A stretch of 64,000 nt of DNA, taken from positions 55,276-119,275 of the forward strand of contig NIVC01003105.1 in assembly GCA_002269645.1 (NCBI GenBank), given 5' to 3'. Every line of letters begins with the position of its first letter. Position 1 is the first letter of the stretch. The position numbers and the translations under genes were made by a program. Positions 40,101-51,075 of the stretch are shown here, piece by piece. The DNA comes from Macrostomum lignano. Its lineage: Eukaryota. A model generated the notes under the pieces. That model did not search any database. It saw only the letters and a list, made by a program, of their open reading frames with translations, and was not told the origin of the DNA.

Positions 40101-41381
40101 TCCGGTGGGTTTTGGGTGTAGTTTCCGGTGGGTTTTGGGTGTAGTTTCCGGTGGGTTTTGGGTGTAGTTTCCGGTGGGTTTTGGGTGTAGTTTCCGGTGT
40201 GTTTGGGTTGCAGTTTCCGGTGGGTTTCTTGGTGTAGTTTCCGGTGGGTTTTGGGTGTAGTTTCCGGTGGGTTTGGTGTGTAGTTTCCGGTGGGTTTTGG
40301 GTGTAGTTTCCGGTGGGTTTTGGGTGTAGTTTCGGGTGGGTTTCTTGGTGTAGTTTCCGGTGGGTTTTGGGTGTAGTTTCCGGTGGGTTTTGGGTGTAGC
40401 TTCCGATTGGTGTGATGTGTAGTTTCCGGTGGGTTTGGGGTGCAGTTTCCGGTGGGTTTGATGTGTAGTTTCCGGTGGGTTTGATGTGCAGTTTCCGGTG
40501 GGTTTGATGTGTAGTTTCAATGGGTTTTAGGTGTACTTTCCAGTTGATATGATTTGATATCACATCGTCAGAATATATTTCCTTGGGCCTATCAATCATT
40601 TGTTTTACTTATTAATCCAGGTGAAAACCCGTCGCACAAGCGTTCCAACGGTTCCCCTGGAGCAGCAACAACAGCAGCAGCAGCAGCAGCTTCAGCAGAA
40701 TCCGGATCAGCAGCAGCAGCCACAGCAGCAGCAGCAGCTCCGCCATCCGCTCAGCCGCAGCGGCAGCTCCTGGGGCCAGTCCGCTCTCATCCGCTGCTCC
40801 TACCCCAACATGTCCACCACGGCACTGGAGTCCATTCGCGACGAGTCGCCCTCCCTGTCGGCCCAGCATGACGTCACTCCGCCGCCGTTAAATCCTTCCG
40901 CATCGCAGCTGCCGCAGCCGCTGCCGCAGTCCTCTTGTCAGCTTCGACCGTCGCCAGCCCCGGCGAGCTCCTCAGTGGCTGCCGCTCCGTCGTCGGGCAT
41001 CTCAACTCCCACTGCGGACCCCTGGCTGAGTTGGCCAAGCGGCACGGCGGCTCCAAGCGGAACGGCCTGCTGCGCTGGTGCCAGAGCTGCCTGGCCGGCT
41101 ACCCGCACACCGAGGTGACCAACTTCTCCAGCTCCTGGAATGACGGCATGGCGATGTGCGGCCTGCTGCACCGCTACCTGCCGGACCGGGTGCCCTACGC
41201 CCAGCTGACGCCAGAGGATAAGCGCAGAAATTTTCTGGTGGCTTTCAAAGCGGCCGAGTCAGCTGGGATAAAGACTACGCTGAGTCTGGACGATATGGTG
41301 TCCGTGGAGCGGCCGGACTGGAATGCCGTCATGTCCTACGTGGCCAGCATCTATGTCCGGTTCGAGACTGCGGCTGGGTAG
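34509..41381 (+). CDS. SPECC1L: Cytospin/SPECC1(L)-like coiled-coil protein with a C-terminal calponin-homology domain (~1030 aa). Exons 34509-35552, 36373-36654, 37147-37383, 38283-38579, 39073-39551, 40621-41381; two apparent single-base deletions (~39096, ~41020)
   Basis: GT-AG phase-0 junctions. [23 protein letters not shown] resembles SPECC1L [23 protein letters not shown]. The CH domain [48 protein letters not shown] matches the cytospin C-terminus. Confidence 0.88.
35600..36300. repeat. 22-bp minisatellite (GTTCACATCTATGTTCACCAGT) in SPECC1-like intron 1, interrupted by a solo LTR
   Basis: Tandem units on both sides of 35844-36040. Confidence 0.95.
35844..36040. mobile_element. Solo LTR (197 bp; TGTAGTG...CACTACA) with 5-bp TSD ACATC
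   Basis: TG...CA termini with a 7-bp inverted repeat. ACATC at 35839-35843 and 36041-36045. Unique sequence inside a minisatellite. Confidence 0.8.
36675..37128. repeat. (GACA)n microsatellite in SPECC1-like intron 2
   Basis: Seen directly. Confidence 0.97.
37455..38220. repeat. ~17-bp CT-rich minisatellite (CCCATCTCCCCTCTCTT) in SPECC1-like intron 3
   Basis: Seen directly. Confidence 0.92.
38585..39010. repeat. ~33-bp minisatellite (GATATTTCCGGTGTTTTGGGATTTCAAGGATGG) in SPECC1-like intron 4
   Basis: About 13 diverged units. Confidence 0.92.
39560..40530. repeat. 23-bp minisatellite (TAGTTTCCGGTGGGTTTTGGGTG) in SPECC1-like intron 5
   Basis: About 40 units seen directly. Confidence 0.97.
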
Positions 41382-41524
41382 CTGGCGGCCTGTTATTGGG
41401 ATGGTCAAGTGACCCCGGATCTACCGAGCCCTATTTTGTGTATATAATGTAAGCTCTGACCTCCCAGGTGGGATTTGAGGAGTCAGGAGACCCCCTACAA
41501 ATGAGCTTTTTTCTGATTGTCTTG

Positions 41525-42120
41525 AGGAGGTCAAATGACCCCTCTACTCGACCTGATTTAGATGGGGGTCCTATGACCCCTCTTATTTTATTTTTACAGG
41601 AGCTCAAACCCTTAATTCAATAGATTGAGTTGAGTAAAACAGAGAAACCCGCGATTGTTTCAGAGAAATCTATTTGCCCCCTCCTAAGCTCGTGGATGTC
41701 AAATGACCCCCTTCAAAAGAATATTTCGTCAGGGGGTCAAATGACACCCCAGAAGAACCCTCGTATTTTGTCAAATGACCCCCAGAAGAATATTTTTCCA
41801 GCGGTCAAATGACCCCACATAAGAATATTTTTCCAGCGGTCAAATGACCCCCCAGAAGAATATTTTGTCAGGGGTCCAATGACCCCACATAAGAATATTT
41901 TCCTGGTTTCCTGGTTTTCCAGAAGAAAGCTTTGGCAGGGGTCCCCCATTACCCACCATAAAAATATTTTGCCAGGGGGTCAAATGACACCCCAGAAGAA
42001 CCCTCGTATTTCGTCAAATGACCCCCAGAAGAATATGTTGCCAGGGGTCAAATGACCCCACAAGAATATTTTTCCAGGGGTCAAATGACCCCACATAAGA
42101 ATATTTTGCCAAATTGACCC
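41525..42120. repeat. ~35-bp repeats built around the palindrome GGGGTCAAATGACCCC, downstream of the SPECC1-like stop
   Basis: About 12 copies of the GTCAAATGAC core by eye. Confidence 0.9.
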
Positions 42121-43229
42121 TCACGCCGATTGTTTTGGAAAGGTGAAATATTTTCTCCTTCAAGATTTAAATAATGCAGTTGCAAGTGCCTACTTACAGT
42201 AGCGCGTAACCTGTTCATAATCGTCACTAGAGGCCGTACAGTGGATTGCAGCTGAACAGAACAATTTTCAGTTATACTTGTACATGATTTTCAGACTGCC
42301 TAGTTAGAAATGCCAATGCATCATACCTTCTGCACCTCCAGTTTGTTAATTAATTTTATTATTTATTATTATATTGTATATTCTTCACCTAAAAATCTGA
42401 TAAAAAGACTTTTAAATATTTTGATCTCCGATCCGTTTTATTCAACAAGCATGCTGATTGCTCAACTACTTATTGGCTTTGCCTTGTCCTGCCTCGATTT
42501 GCCTTGCTTTTTCCGTCTGGCTATAAGCAGCTTTCACTACTTAATTTCTGGCCAGTAGTAGTAGTAGTACTGTAAGGTTATTAAATTATCAGAGGATAAG
42601 GGAAATTATTTTTCTACCATTCTTTTTTGTCTTCCAGCCTGTGGGATCAGTGAAAATTGCTGCTTTTATTCATTTTATCCCTTTCATTAAAGCCTCTGCA
42701 TGCGCTAATTATACTACTGCTACTCCCGACCAATGTATACTCGAGTAGTAGCAATGTTGGATTGTGTACATTGCATTGACAATGTATTTATTTGTCACTC
42801 GAGGTTTTAAGGTAGTACAAACTGCACTACTTACACAGCTTGGTAAGTAGTATCGTTAGTAATTTCTTGTCATTCAGCTATTGTCTTTTATTGAACAGAC
42901 AATGATATTTCAGGCGCTTCTGCATGCTGCAAAACTGATTCATTTTAGTTTCATTTTTGTCTGCCGATATGTTGCGAAAATGCGATAAAATATTATTTCT
43001 ATTAATATACTAGTAATGAATAGTATTATATCACTGCGATTTGATCTCGCGAGTCAATCAATCATTTTTATATTGCTGAGTATTGCTGCTCACACTCGGT
43101 CACAGCTTTGTTACGATGAATGCTTTCGTGCAGTTAGCCCTTGTTAGCCTTTGTCATTTTTCCGAGGTTCAAACACTGCGTGCTTCAATTTTATCAAAAA
43201 TAGATACAAGCAGCTTAGCGATTTAGTCT

Positions 43230-44052
43230 TATCTGTCAGTGCCTGCCTTTCAGTGTCTGTCTGTCAATGTCTGTCAGTCAGTGCCTGTCTGTCAGTGCCT
43301 GTCCTTCAGTGCCTGCCTTTCAGTGTCTGTCTGTCAATGTCTGTCAGTCAGTGCCTGTCTGTCAGTGCCTGTCCTTCAGTGCCTGCCTTTCAGTGCCTGT
43401 CTGTCAGTGTCTGTCTGTCTGTCAGTGCCTGCCTGTCAGTGCCTGCCTGTCAGTCAGTGCCTGGCTGTCAATGCCTGTCTGTCAGCGCCTGTCTGTCAGT
43501 GCCTGCCTGTCAGTGCCTGTCTGTCAATGCCTGTCTGTCAATGCCTGTCTGTCAGCGCCTGTCTGTCAATATCGTCAGTCAGTGCCTGTCCTTCAGTGCC
43601 TGCCTTTCAGTGTCTGTCTGTCAATATCTGTCAGTCAGTGCCTGTCTGTCAGTGCCTGCCTTTCAGTGCCTGTCTGTCAGTGCCTGTCTGTCAGTGCCTG
43701 CCTTTCAGTGCCTGTCTGTCAGTGCCTGTACTTCAGTGCCTGCCTTTCAGTGTCTGTCTTTCAATGTCTGTCAGTCAGTGCCTGTCTGTCAGTGTCTGTC
43801 TGTCTGTCAGTGCCTGCCTTTCAGTGCCTGTCTGTCAATGTCTGTCAGTCAGTGCCTGTCTGTCAGTGTCTGTCTATCTGTCAGTGCCTGCCTTTCAGTG
43901 CCTGTCTGTCAGTGTCTGTCTGTCAGTGCCTGCCTGTCAGTGCCTGCCTGTCAATGCCTGTCTGTCAGCGCCTGTCTGTCAGTGCCTGTCAGTCAGTGCC
44001 TGTGCCTGTCTGTCAATGTCTGTCTGTCAGCGCCTGTCTGTCAGCGCCTGTC
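43230..44052. repeat. Complex 4-mer microsatellite (TGTC/TGCC/CAGT)
   Basis: Seen directly. Confidence 0.95.
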
Positions 44053-44838
44053 CCCCAGCCCAAATTAGCAGTAACAAACAAAAAATGTCAAAGCCAAGGG
44101 AATTCAACAGATAAAAAATTAATTTTTCAGTCTGATCTCGCGCGCAAAAATATTCTCGCGGCAATAAATGATAAATAATTAATTAATTACGGGATTAATG
44201 GGTGCAGCATTGCTAAACGGCGGTTGTACGTAATCCTTCATATTCTTGTAACAATAACAACGATAATCAACGATATTACATCAGGAGAAACCAAACAGTT
44301 CCGTGCAAGCGCAGGACGAGTTGATTTTTGCTTTTAATTTTTTTTCAATTTCCAATCGGGAAAAAGTTGAACAACGGGGGGAACACAGCGGAGAAAAACA
44401 AGAACTCAGAGACCAAAAGAGAACAGGGGTTGAAAATAAACGCTCGAAGACGCCACGCACAGATGATGGCGAGTAAAGTTCTGTTATTAATCTTGCAACC
44501 ACCGAGCGCACACTGCTTCAAAATAACAAGATTTCCGCAGTCTAAATAGTAATTAATAGCTAGGGTTGCTACTCGCGTATAAGTAGTGTGTTTATTACTA
44601 TGTAATTATTAAATATGGGGAACAAAGGGCTGAGAAAGATTGCTGGTAAAATTTCAAAATATTAGTTTTATAACTTCATTAACAGAAACGAAGATAAATT
44701 ATGTACAAATTACTTAATTTATAAATCATTCTAGTTAACCGCTAGAACAGGTGCCGGGCGTCTTAAAAATATAGGTGCAATTACGGGCTGAATAGGGTCA
44801 GAGGTCAAGCTAAAAATACAGCATGTTGCTGGGTTTAC

Positions 44839-45528
44839 CGGGTACGGCTGAAAGGACACCAAAGTATGACGCAAGTGAAACTGCTGCTCATTGGGAAGCT
44901 GTGCAGAAAAATACAAATGAGGGGCTGCTCAGAAAGTAAGGATGATGATTAAATAAGTTGACGTACGAGTAGATGACAGAGATGGGAGAGAATGGGATAT
45001 AATAGAGATGGGAGAGACATGATAGGGATGGGAGAGATTAGGATGTGATAGAGATGGGAGAGATATGATAGAGATGGAGGGATAGGGATGTGATAGAGGT
45101 GGGAGAGACATGATAGGGATGGGAGAGATATGATAGAGATCAGAGAGATATGATAGAGATGAAAGGGATTGGGATATGATAGAGATGGGAGGATTGGGAT
45201 ATGATAGAGATGGAGGGATTGGGATATGATAGAGATGGGAGGATTGGGATATGATAGAGATGGAGGGATTGGGATATGATAGAGATGGGAGAGATATGAT
45301 AGAGATGGCAGGGATATGACAGATGGGAGGGATATGATAGAGATTAGAGAGATATGATAGAGATGGCAGGGATATGACAGATGGGAGGGATATGACAGAT
45401 ATGGAGAGATGATATAGATAGGAGATATGATATGGGAGATACGATGGATGAGTCACGAAGGGCCGGCCGTAGCACAAGACGCATAAAAGCAATAACAAAG
45501 CAGTAATGCCGGGCGAGCCAATGGCCAT
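44839..45528 (-). CDS. Candidate small secreted-protein gene, first two coding exons: 45528-45457 (MAIGSPGITALLLLLCVLCYGRPF) and 44898-44839 (LPNEQQFHLRHTLVSFQPYP); 3' end not resolved
   Basis: Strong TTTTGCACAG acceptor 34 nt before the ATG, signal-peptide-like exon, phase-0 GT donor, minisatellite-filled intron, TTTTTCTGCACAG acceptor, then a 60-nt open exon and a GTAAAC donor. Confidence 0.42.
44970..45445. repeat. 18-25 bp GA-rich minisatellite (GGGATATGATAGAGATGG...)
   Basis: Seen directly. Confidence 0.92.
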
Positions 45529-46397
45529 AGACAGTGAGGTCGCTGATGAAGCGCGAAGGATTCTGTGCAAAAGAAAAGAAACACGCAACGGAACTGCATA
45601 CTGGGGAACAGAAGTAACCAAAGCATTTTAATGTGTTTTAAATTATTGACGAAGTAACGCGAAAAAAACAAAGCAGAAATTAAATTGTTAATAACAATTA
45701 CCTAAACCACAGTATATATCATAGTATAATAGTTAGCAGAAATATTATTATAGAGACAGGCGTGCTGAGAACAAAGAAATGAACGAATGGAAGAGATTTA
45801 CACAACATAGCGACACAGACAGACGGAAAAGGAAAAAAGTCGGCCAGACTGCAAAAAATTATGGGATGGGGAAAACACGGCCAGTCTTAAACATCAAACC
45901 TAAAAATCGTGCAACTCTTCAGAAAATAACACCGCACCGCCAACAGCAAGTAGACTGACTGGTTTAAATCAATTTGACGCCATTTTTTAATAGCCACATA
46001 GAAACGGCATGGCAACCATAGGCCCTAGAAACGACATCAATGCTGCATTGCAACGGTGTAGCAACTACACGGATAGGATACCACGTATAGCAACGGCATA
46101 GCAACTATACTGATGTCGCATAGCAACAGCACAACAACAACACCGATAGCCCATAGCAACTATTCAGATGTGGCATAGCAACAGCGTAGCGACTAACCGG
46201 ATAACGCATAGCAACTGCATAGCAACTACCCCAATACCACATAGCAACGAACGGCGTAGCAACCACACGAATACCGCATAGCAACCACTTGTAAATAGCA
46301 GTAAAACCCATCGCACAAACACACTACTGAGCCAGATGCCAAGCCGCCCCAATGCAACTACCTCGAGTCGGTCGTCAATCAATAAATCAATCCCATC

Positions 46398-49300
46398 TCA
46401 CACTAGCGGCAGTCGCGGCTTAACCAAGCCTCCGTCGCCCTCCGACACGAACCGTTTCCGACCCTTAGTGGGCATCTCCTGCTGCAGGCGAGCGCTGAGA
46501 AAGCCCACATGGCCGGCGTGCTGGCAGAATCGCTCCAGCAGCAGGTAGGCGTTCGGCACGTCCAGCTGAATGTCCGGGATGTCGGCATACACCCGGCGAA
46601 GGCCCTTCTCCAGCTGGTCAACGGTGAGCAGCACCGACTCGGACAGGGCGGCGATGAGGCGACAGACCCGCTGGCACACCTCCATGGTGCTGCGCTCGAT
46701 CACCATGACAACGGCTTGGTAGACCAACTCGTGATGGAAGTGAGGCGCCTCCAGCTCCTTGACGCAGCGGGCGGCTTCGTCAACGTCGTTGCTGGACAGA
46801 AATTCGTCCAGCAGCAGCTTCATCTTCTTCACCAGGTGCTTGGTGGGACGGGCCAGGCCGTGGCCAGAAACGCCCCACACCTGAGGATGGGGTAGGGGTT
46901 CGTCAGGGGCGATTCTCGAGGTAGGGTGGAGAGAGTCCGGGGCGATTCTCTGGATAGGGTGGGGAGAGTCAGGGGCGATTCTCTGGATAGGGTGGGGAGA
47001 GTCAGGGGCGATTCTTTGGATAAGGTGGGGAGAGTCCGTGGCGATTCTTAGAGAGCAATTCTCTGGATAGGTTGGGGAGAGTCAGGGGCGATTCTCTGTG
47101 TAAGGTGGAGAGTCAGGAGCGATTCTCTGGGTAGGGTGGAGCGATTCAGGGGCGATTCTTTAGGTAGGGTGGGGAGTCAGTGATGATTTGATAGAATTTA
47201 GTCAGGAACAAGTGAGGGCCTATTCAAACAACAACAACAACAAACAACAAAGTACACTGGATAGTCTCCAGTGTCACAAGGACAAACAAATTCAAACAAG
47301 GACATATAGAGGTCAAGCCTCACCTTATCCAGACAGTACATGCTATGTGTCATAGTGAGCAGGTTCTCAGCCTTGGCCAGAGCTTTCATAGTGTGGCCAC
47401 TATCAACCCGGCCCTTGTAGGTGGCCACGAACTTGGGCGGCAGCAGGTCATCAGCGATGGCCCTGGCGATGAACTTTCCAATCATGTCGGGCGCGTCCGG
47501 CAGGTCGATGGTTAAATCGTCGACCTCCTTGAGCAAGAGGTCGAATCCGTGGACGAGCTCTTCGCTGGAGACGGCCGGGCCGACCAAGCTGCCCAACAGC
47601 TGGGAGGTGAGCTCCCGCTGCAGAGCGTTGCGCTGCACACTGGCACTGATGGCCAGGTAGGGTATGCGCTCCCTGTGCTGCGGGTTGGTGCGCAGGTCCC
47701 GCAGCTGCTGGATCACCTGCGAAGCGAGTTGAAGAGGCATATCGAATCAGCTTACTTATAGTAGAGTTTCAAAATTTAGATGCCATTTTTGTGAAATCTA
47801 GATGCCGCTTTTGAGAGATCTAGATGTCATTTTTTGAGAGATCTAGATGTCATTTTTGTGAAATCTAGATGCCGCTTTTGAGAGATTTAGATGCCATTTT
47901 TTTAGAGATCTAGATGCAATTTTTTGAAAGATCTAGATGTCATTTTTTGAGAGATCTAGATGCCTTTTTTGAGAGATCTAGATGTCATTTTTGAGAGATA
48001 TAGATGCCATTTTTTGAGAGATCTAGATGCTACGTTTGAGAGATTTAGATGCCATTTTTTGAGAGATCTAGATGTCATTTTTTGAGAGATCTAGATGCTA
48101 CTTTTGAGAGATCTAGATGCCATTTTTGAGAGATCTAGATGTCATTTTTGAGAGATCTAGATGTCATTTTTGAGAGATCTAGATGTCATTTTTGAGAGAT
48201 ATAGATGCCATTTTTTGAGAGATCTAGATGCTACGTTTGAGAGATTTAGATGCCATTTTTTGAGAGATCTAGATGTCATTTTTTGAGAGATCTAGATGCT
48301 ACTTTTGAGAGATCTAGATGCCATTTTTGAGAGATCTAGATGTCATTTTTGAGAGATCTAGATGCCATTTTTGAGAGATCTAGATGTCATTTTTGAGAGA
48401 TCTAGATGCCATTATTGAGAGATCTAGATGTCATTTTTTCAGAGATCTAGATGTCATTTTTGAGAGATCTAGATGCTACGTTTGAGAGATTTAGATGCCA
48501 TTTTTTCAGAGATCTAGATGCCATTATTGAGAGATCTAGATGTCATTTTTTCAGAGATCTAGATGCCATTATTGAGAGATCTAGATGTCATTTTTTCAGA
48601 GATCTAGATGTCATTTTTGAGAGATCTAGATGCTACGTTTGAGAGATTTAGATGCCATTTTTTCAGAGATCTAGATGCCATTTTTGAGAGATCTAGATGC
48701 CATTTTTGAGAGATCTAGATTCCATTTTTGAAAAATCTAGATGCTTTTTCGAGAGATCTAGATGCGATTTTTTCAGATTTAGTTGTCATTTTTGGGAGAT
48801 TCAGATGCAATTTTGAGAAAATCTGGAACAACTCGATGCTTATCTAGACGTAAAGTAAAAAATAAAAAACACACAAACGTGAAGATTTCCCACCTCTTTA
48901 ACCTGGCCGTGCTCAAAGTACTCCTTAACCAGCGCAGTGAACTGCTCCTCAAACTGCTCCATGGTCAGCTTCGGGACAGTCAGCTGCAGTCGGACAGTGT
49001 CCTGACTGTCCGAATCATAGTTCGGATCGTTCTCGTCCAGCACACCGACAGCGTCCAGCTCGCTGCCCGGCCGGCCCCAGACGCCTTTTCCGCCGGCGCC
49101 GCCTTTCTTTGGCAGGCCGCGGAGGCCCGTGCGGCTCTTCCGGCTGTTCTTGCCCAGGGCCGCGGCGGCGGAGGCGACGGCAGGGGCGCCGCCGGATGAC
49201 GAGGCTGAGCCGCCGTCTGGTGAACCGACGGAGCCGCCGTTGGTCTCGGGGGCGCCGGGGTGATGATGCGCGCCGGTGCCAACTACGGTTGCCATGGCGC

Positions 49301-50443
49301 CAGGGAAGGACACTCGGTGATGGCGCTTGGCACGCTTGAACACGCGCAGCTCGCGCGTCATGGCGTCGGGCGGGTCTTCGGCAACCTGCGGCAGCCAATG
49401 GGGGAGTCCTGAGCTGTTGAATCTCACCTTTGATGACTGCCTAAATCTCAGCTGGATATCTAACATGTTATTGAAATCTCACACCCTAATGACTTATACT
49501 GGTCCCTAAATCCCACTCCTCAAATGACTCATACTGGTCCCTAAATCCCACTCCTCAAATGACTCATACTGGTCCCTAAATCTCACTCATCAAATGACTC
49601 ATACTGGTCCCTAAATCTCACTCCTCAAATGACTCATACTGGTCCCTAAATCTCACTCCTCAAATGACTCATACTGGTCCCTAAATCTCACTCCTCAAAT
49701 GACTCATATTGGTCCCTAAATCTCACTCCTCAAATGACTCATATTGGTCCCTAAATCTCACTCCTCAAATGACTCATATTGGTCCCTAAATCCCACTCCT
49801 CAAATGACTCATACTGGTCCCTAAATCTCACTCCTCAAATGACTCATACTGGTCCCTAAATTTCACCCCCTAATGACTCATACTGGTCCCTAAATCCCAC
49901 ACCCTAATGACTTACACAGGTCCCTAAATCTCACCCTTCTAATGATTCATACTGGTCCCTAAATCTCACTCCTCAAATGACTCATATTGGTCCCTAAATT
50001 TCACCCCCTAATGACTCATACTGGCACCTAAATCTTACCCTTCTGACTCATACTGCTCCCTAAATCTCACCCTTACATGATTCATACTGCACCCTAAATC
50101 TCACCCTTACATGACACATACTGCTCCCTAAATCTCACTCTTTAAATGACTCATACTGGTCCCTAAAGTGTCACCCCTCGAATGACTCATACTGGTCCGT
50201 AAATCTCACCCCTAATGACTTGCACTGGCCCCTAAATCTCAAGGTTGTCACTACAAATCCTCAAGTCAAATTTTGAAGTCAAGTGAAATTTCAGAAACAC
50301 GCAGGCACCCAACTTACAATGCCGCCGCCGTCACCCGCTCCAGCCGACTCATCGATGGGATCTTCATCAACCAGCTGCTGGTCAACAAAGTCGTCTTCGT
50401 TGATAAAATCCGGGTCATTATTGGCAACTCGACGGTGTGACAT
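46398..50443 (-). CDS. PDCD4: Programmed cell death 4 (two MA3 domains, eIF4A inhibitor), 497 aa. Exons 50443-50318, 49385-48894, 47716-47324, 46880-46398
   Basis: All GT-AG phase-0 junctions, total 1494 nt. Motifs KNSRKSRTGLRGLPKKGGAGGKGVWG, DENDPNYDSD, EYFEHG, FIARAIADD, ELEAPHFHHELVY and GRKRFVSEGDGG. Confidence 0.94.
46900..47185. repeat. ~33-bp minisatellite (GGGTGGGGAGAGTCAGGGGCGATTCTCTGGATA) in PDCD4 intron 3
   Basis: About 8 diverged units. Confidence 0.9.
47770..48850. repeat. 22-23 bp minisatellite (GAGAGATCTAGATGTCATTTTT) with palindromic core ATCTAGAT, in PDCD4 intron 2
   Basis: Seen directly. Confidence 0.97.
49475..50240. repeat. 35-bp minisatellite (ACTGGTCCCTAAATCTCACTCCTCAAATGACTCAT) in PDCD4 intron 1; most units carry ATGACTCAT
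   Basis: About 22 units; about 15 perfect ATGACTCAT by hand count. Confidence 0.97.
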
Positions 50444-50754
50444 GACTAAATTTACAATATTGATTTTTAAATAGCTAGAATTATCTGCGCTATCACTTTG
50501 AGGTTTGAGGAACAAAGTTTTGACCCCCGGCAACTGAGGACAACTTCACCGGAATTGAACAAAGCAGGAAGCGGGAGAAACAGGTTTGAAGCGCCGAGGC
50601 GAGCCTTTGAGCAGTTCAATTTGATAAGATTGTGCTCGATAAGATGCTTTTCAATCCAACAGGATTCTAATCGCCCGTTCTAAAGGGGCAATTTTTGAGC
50701 ATGAATGCAAGAGAGAGGGTTCCTGTAGTTAATAATAATATAATAATTATTAAT

Positions 50755-51075
50755 TTAATTACACCTGCCTTATGCCTAATGAGCAGATGAGCAATGATGA
50801 GAATGAGCAACCGACAGCTCAGCCGCAGCTATTGCGCGGCGCATCTGAAGGCTGAGTACGGCTGTTCAGTCCAAGGACTGGGGTCGCCACACACCCTCAT
50901 TTACCCCAGCTAATGCTGGCACCCATTTTACAGCTAGGTGAACTGAAGCATTGCAGAGTTAAAGCGTCTTGCTCAAGGACACAAATTGTTCCTAGTGAGT
51001 CGAGAATCGAACCCCCGACCTTTCAGTCGTGAGCTTGCGGCTAAAACATGAGCAGACCTCCTAACTAGGTTTCTG
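50755..51075 (-). mobile_element. tRNA-derived SINE with a CORE/Meta-type central domain
   Basis: On the minus strand: B-box GGTTCGATTC, then TGTGTCCTTGAGCAAGACGCTTTAAC..GCTTCAGT..AATGGGTGCCAGC. Reverse-complement match to 60605-60862. Confidence 0.8.

Noticed and set aside
39073-41381. Programmed ribosomal frameshifting in the SPECC1-like gene
   Set aside because: No slippery heptamer or stimulatory structure is evident. Single-base deletions, one in a homopolymer, are better explained as consensus errors.
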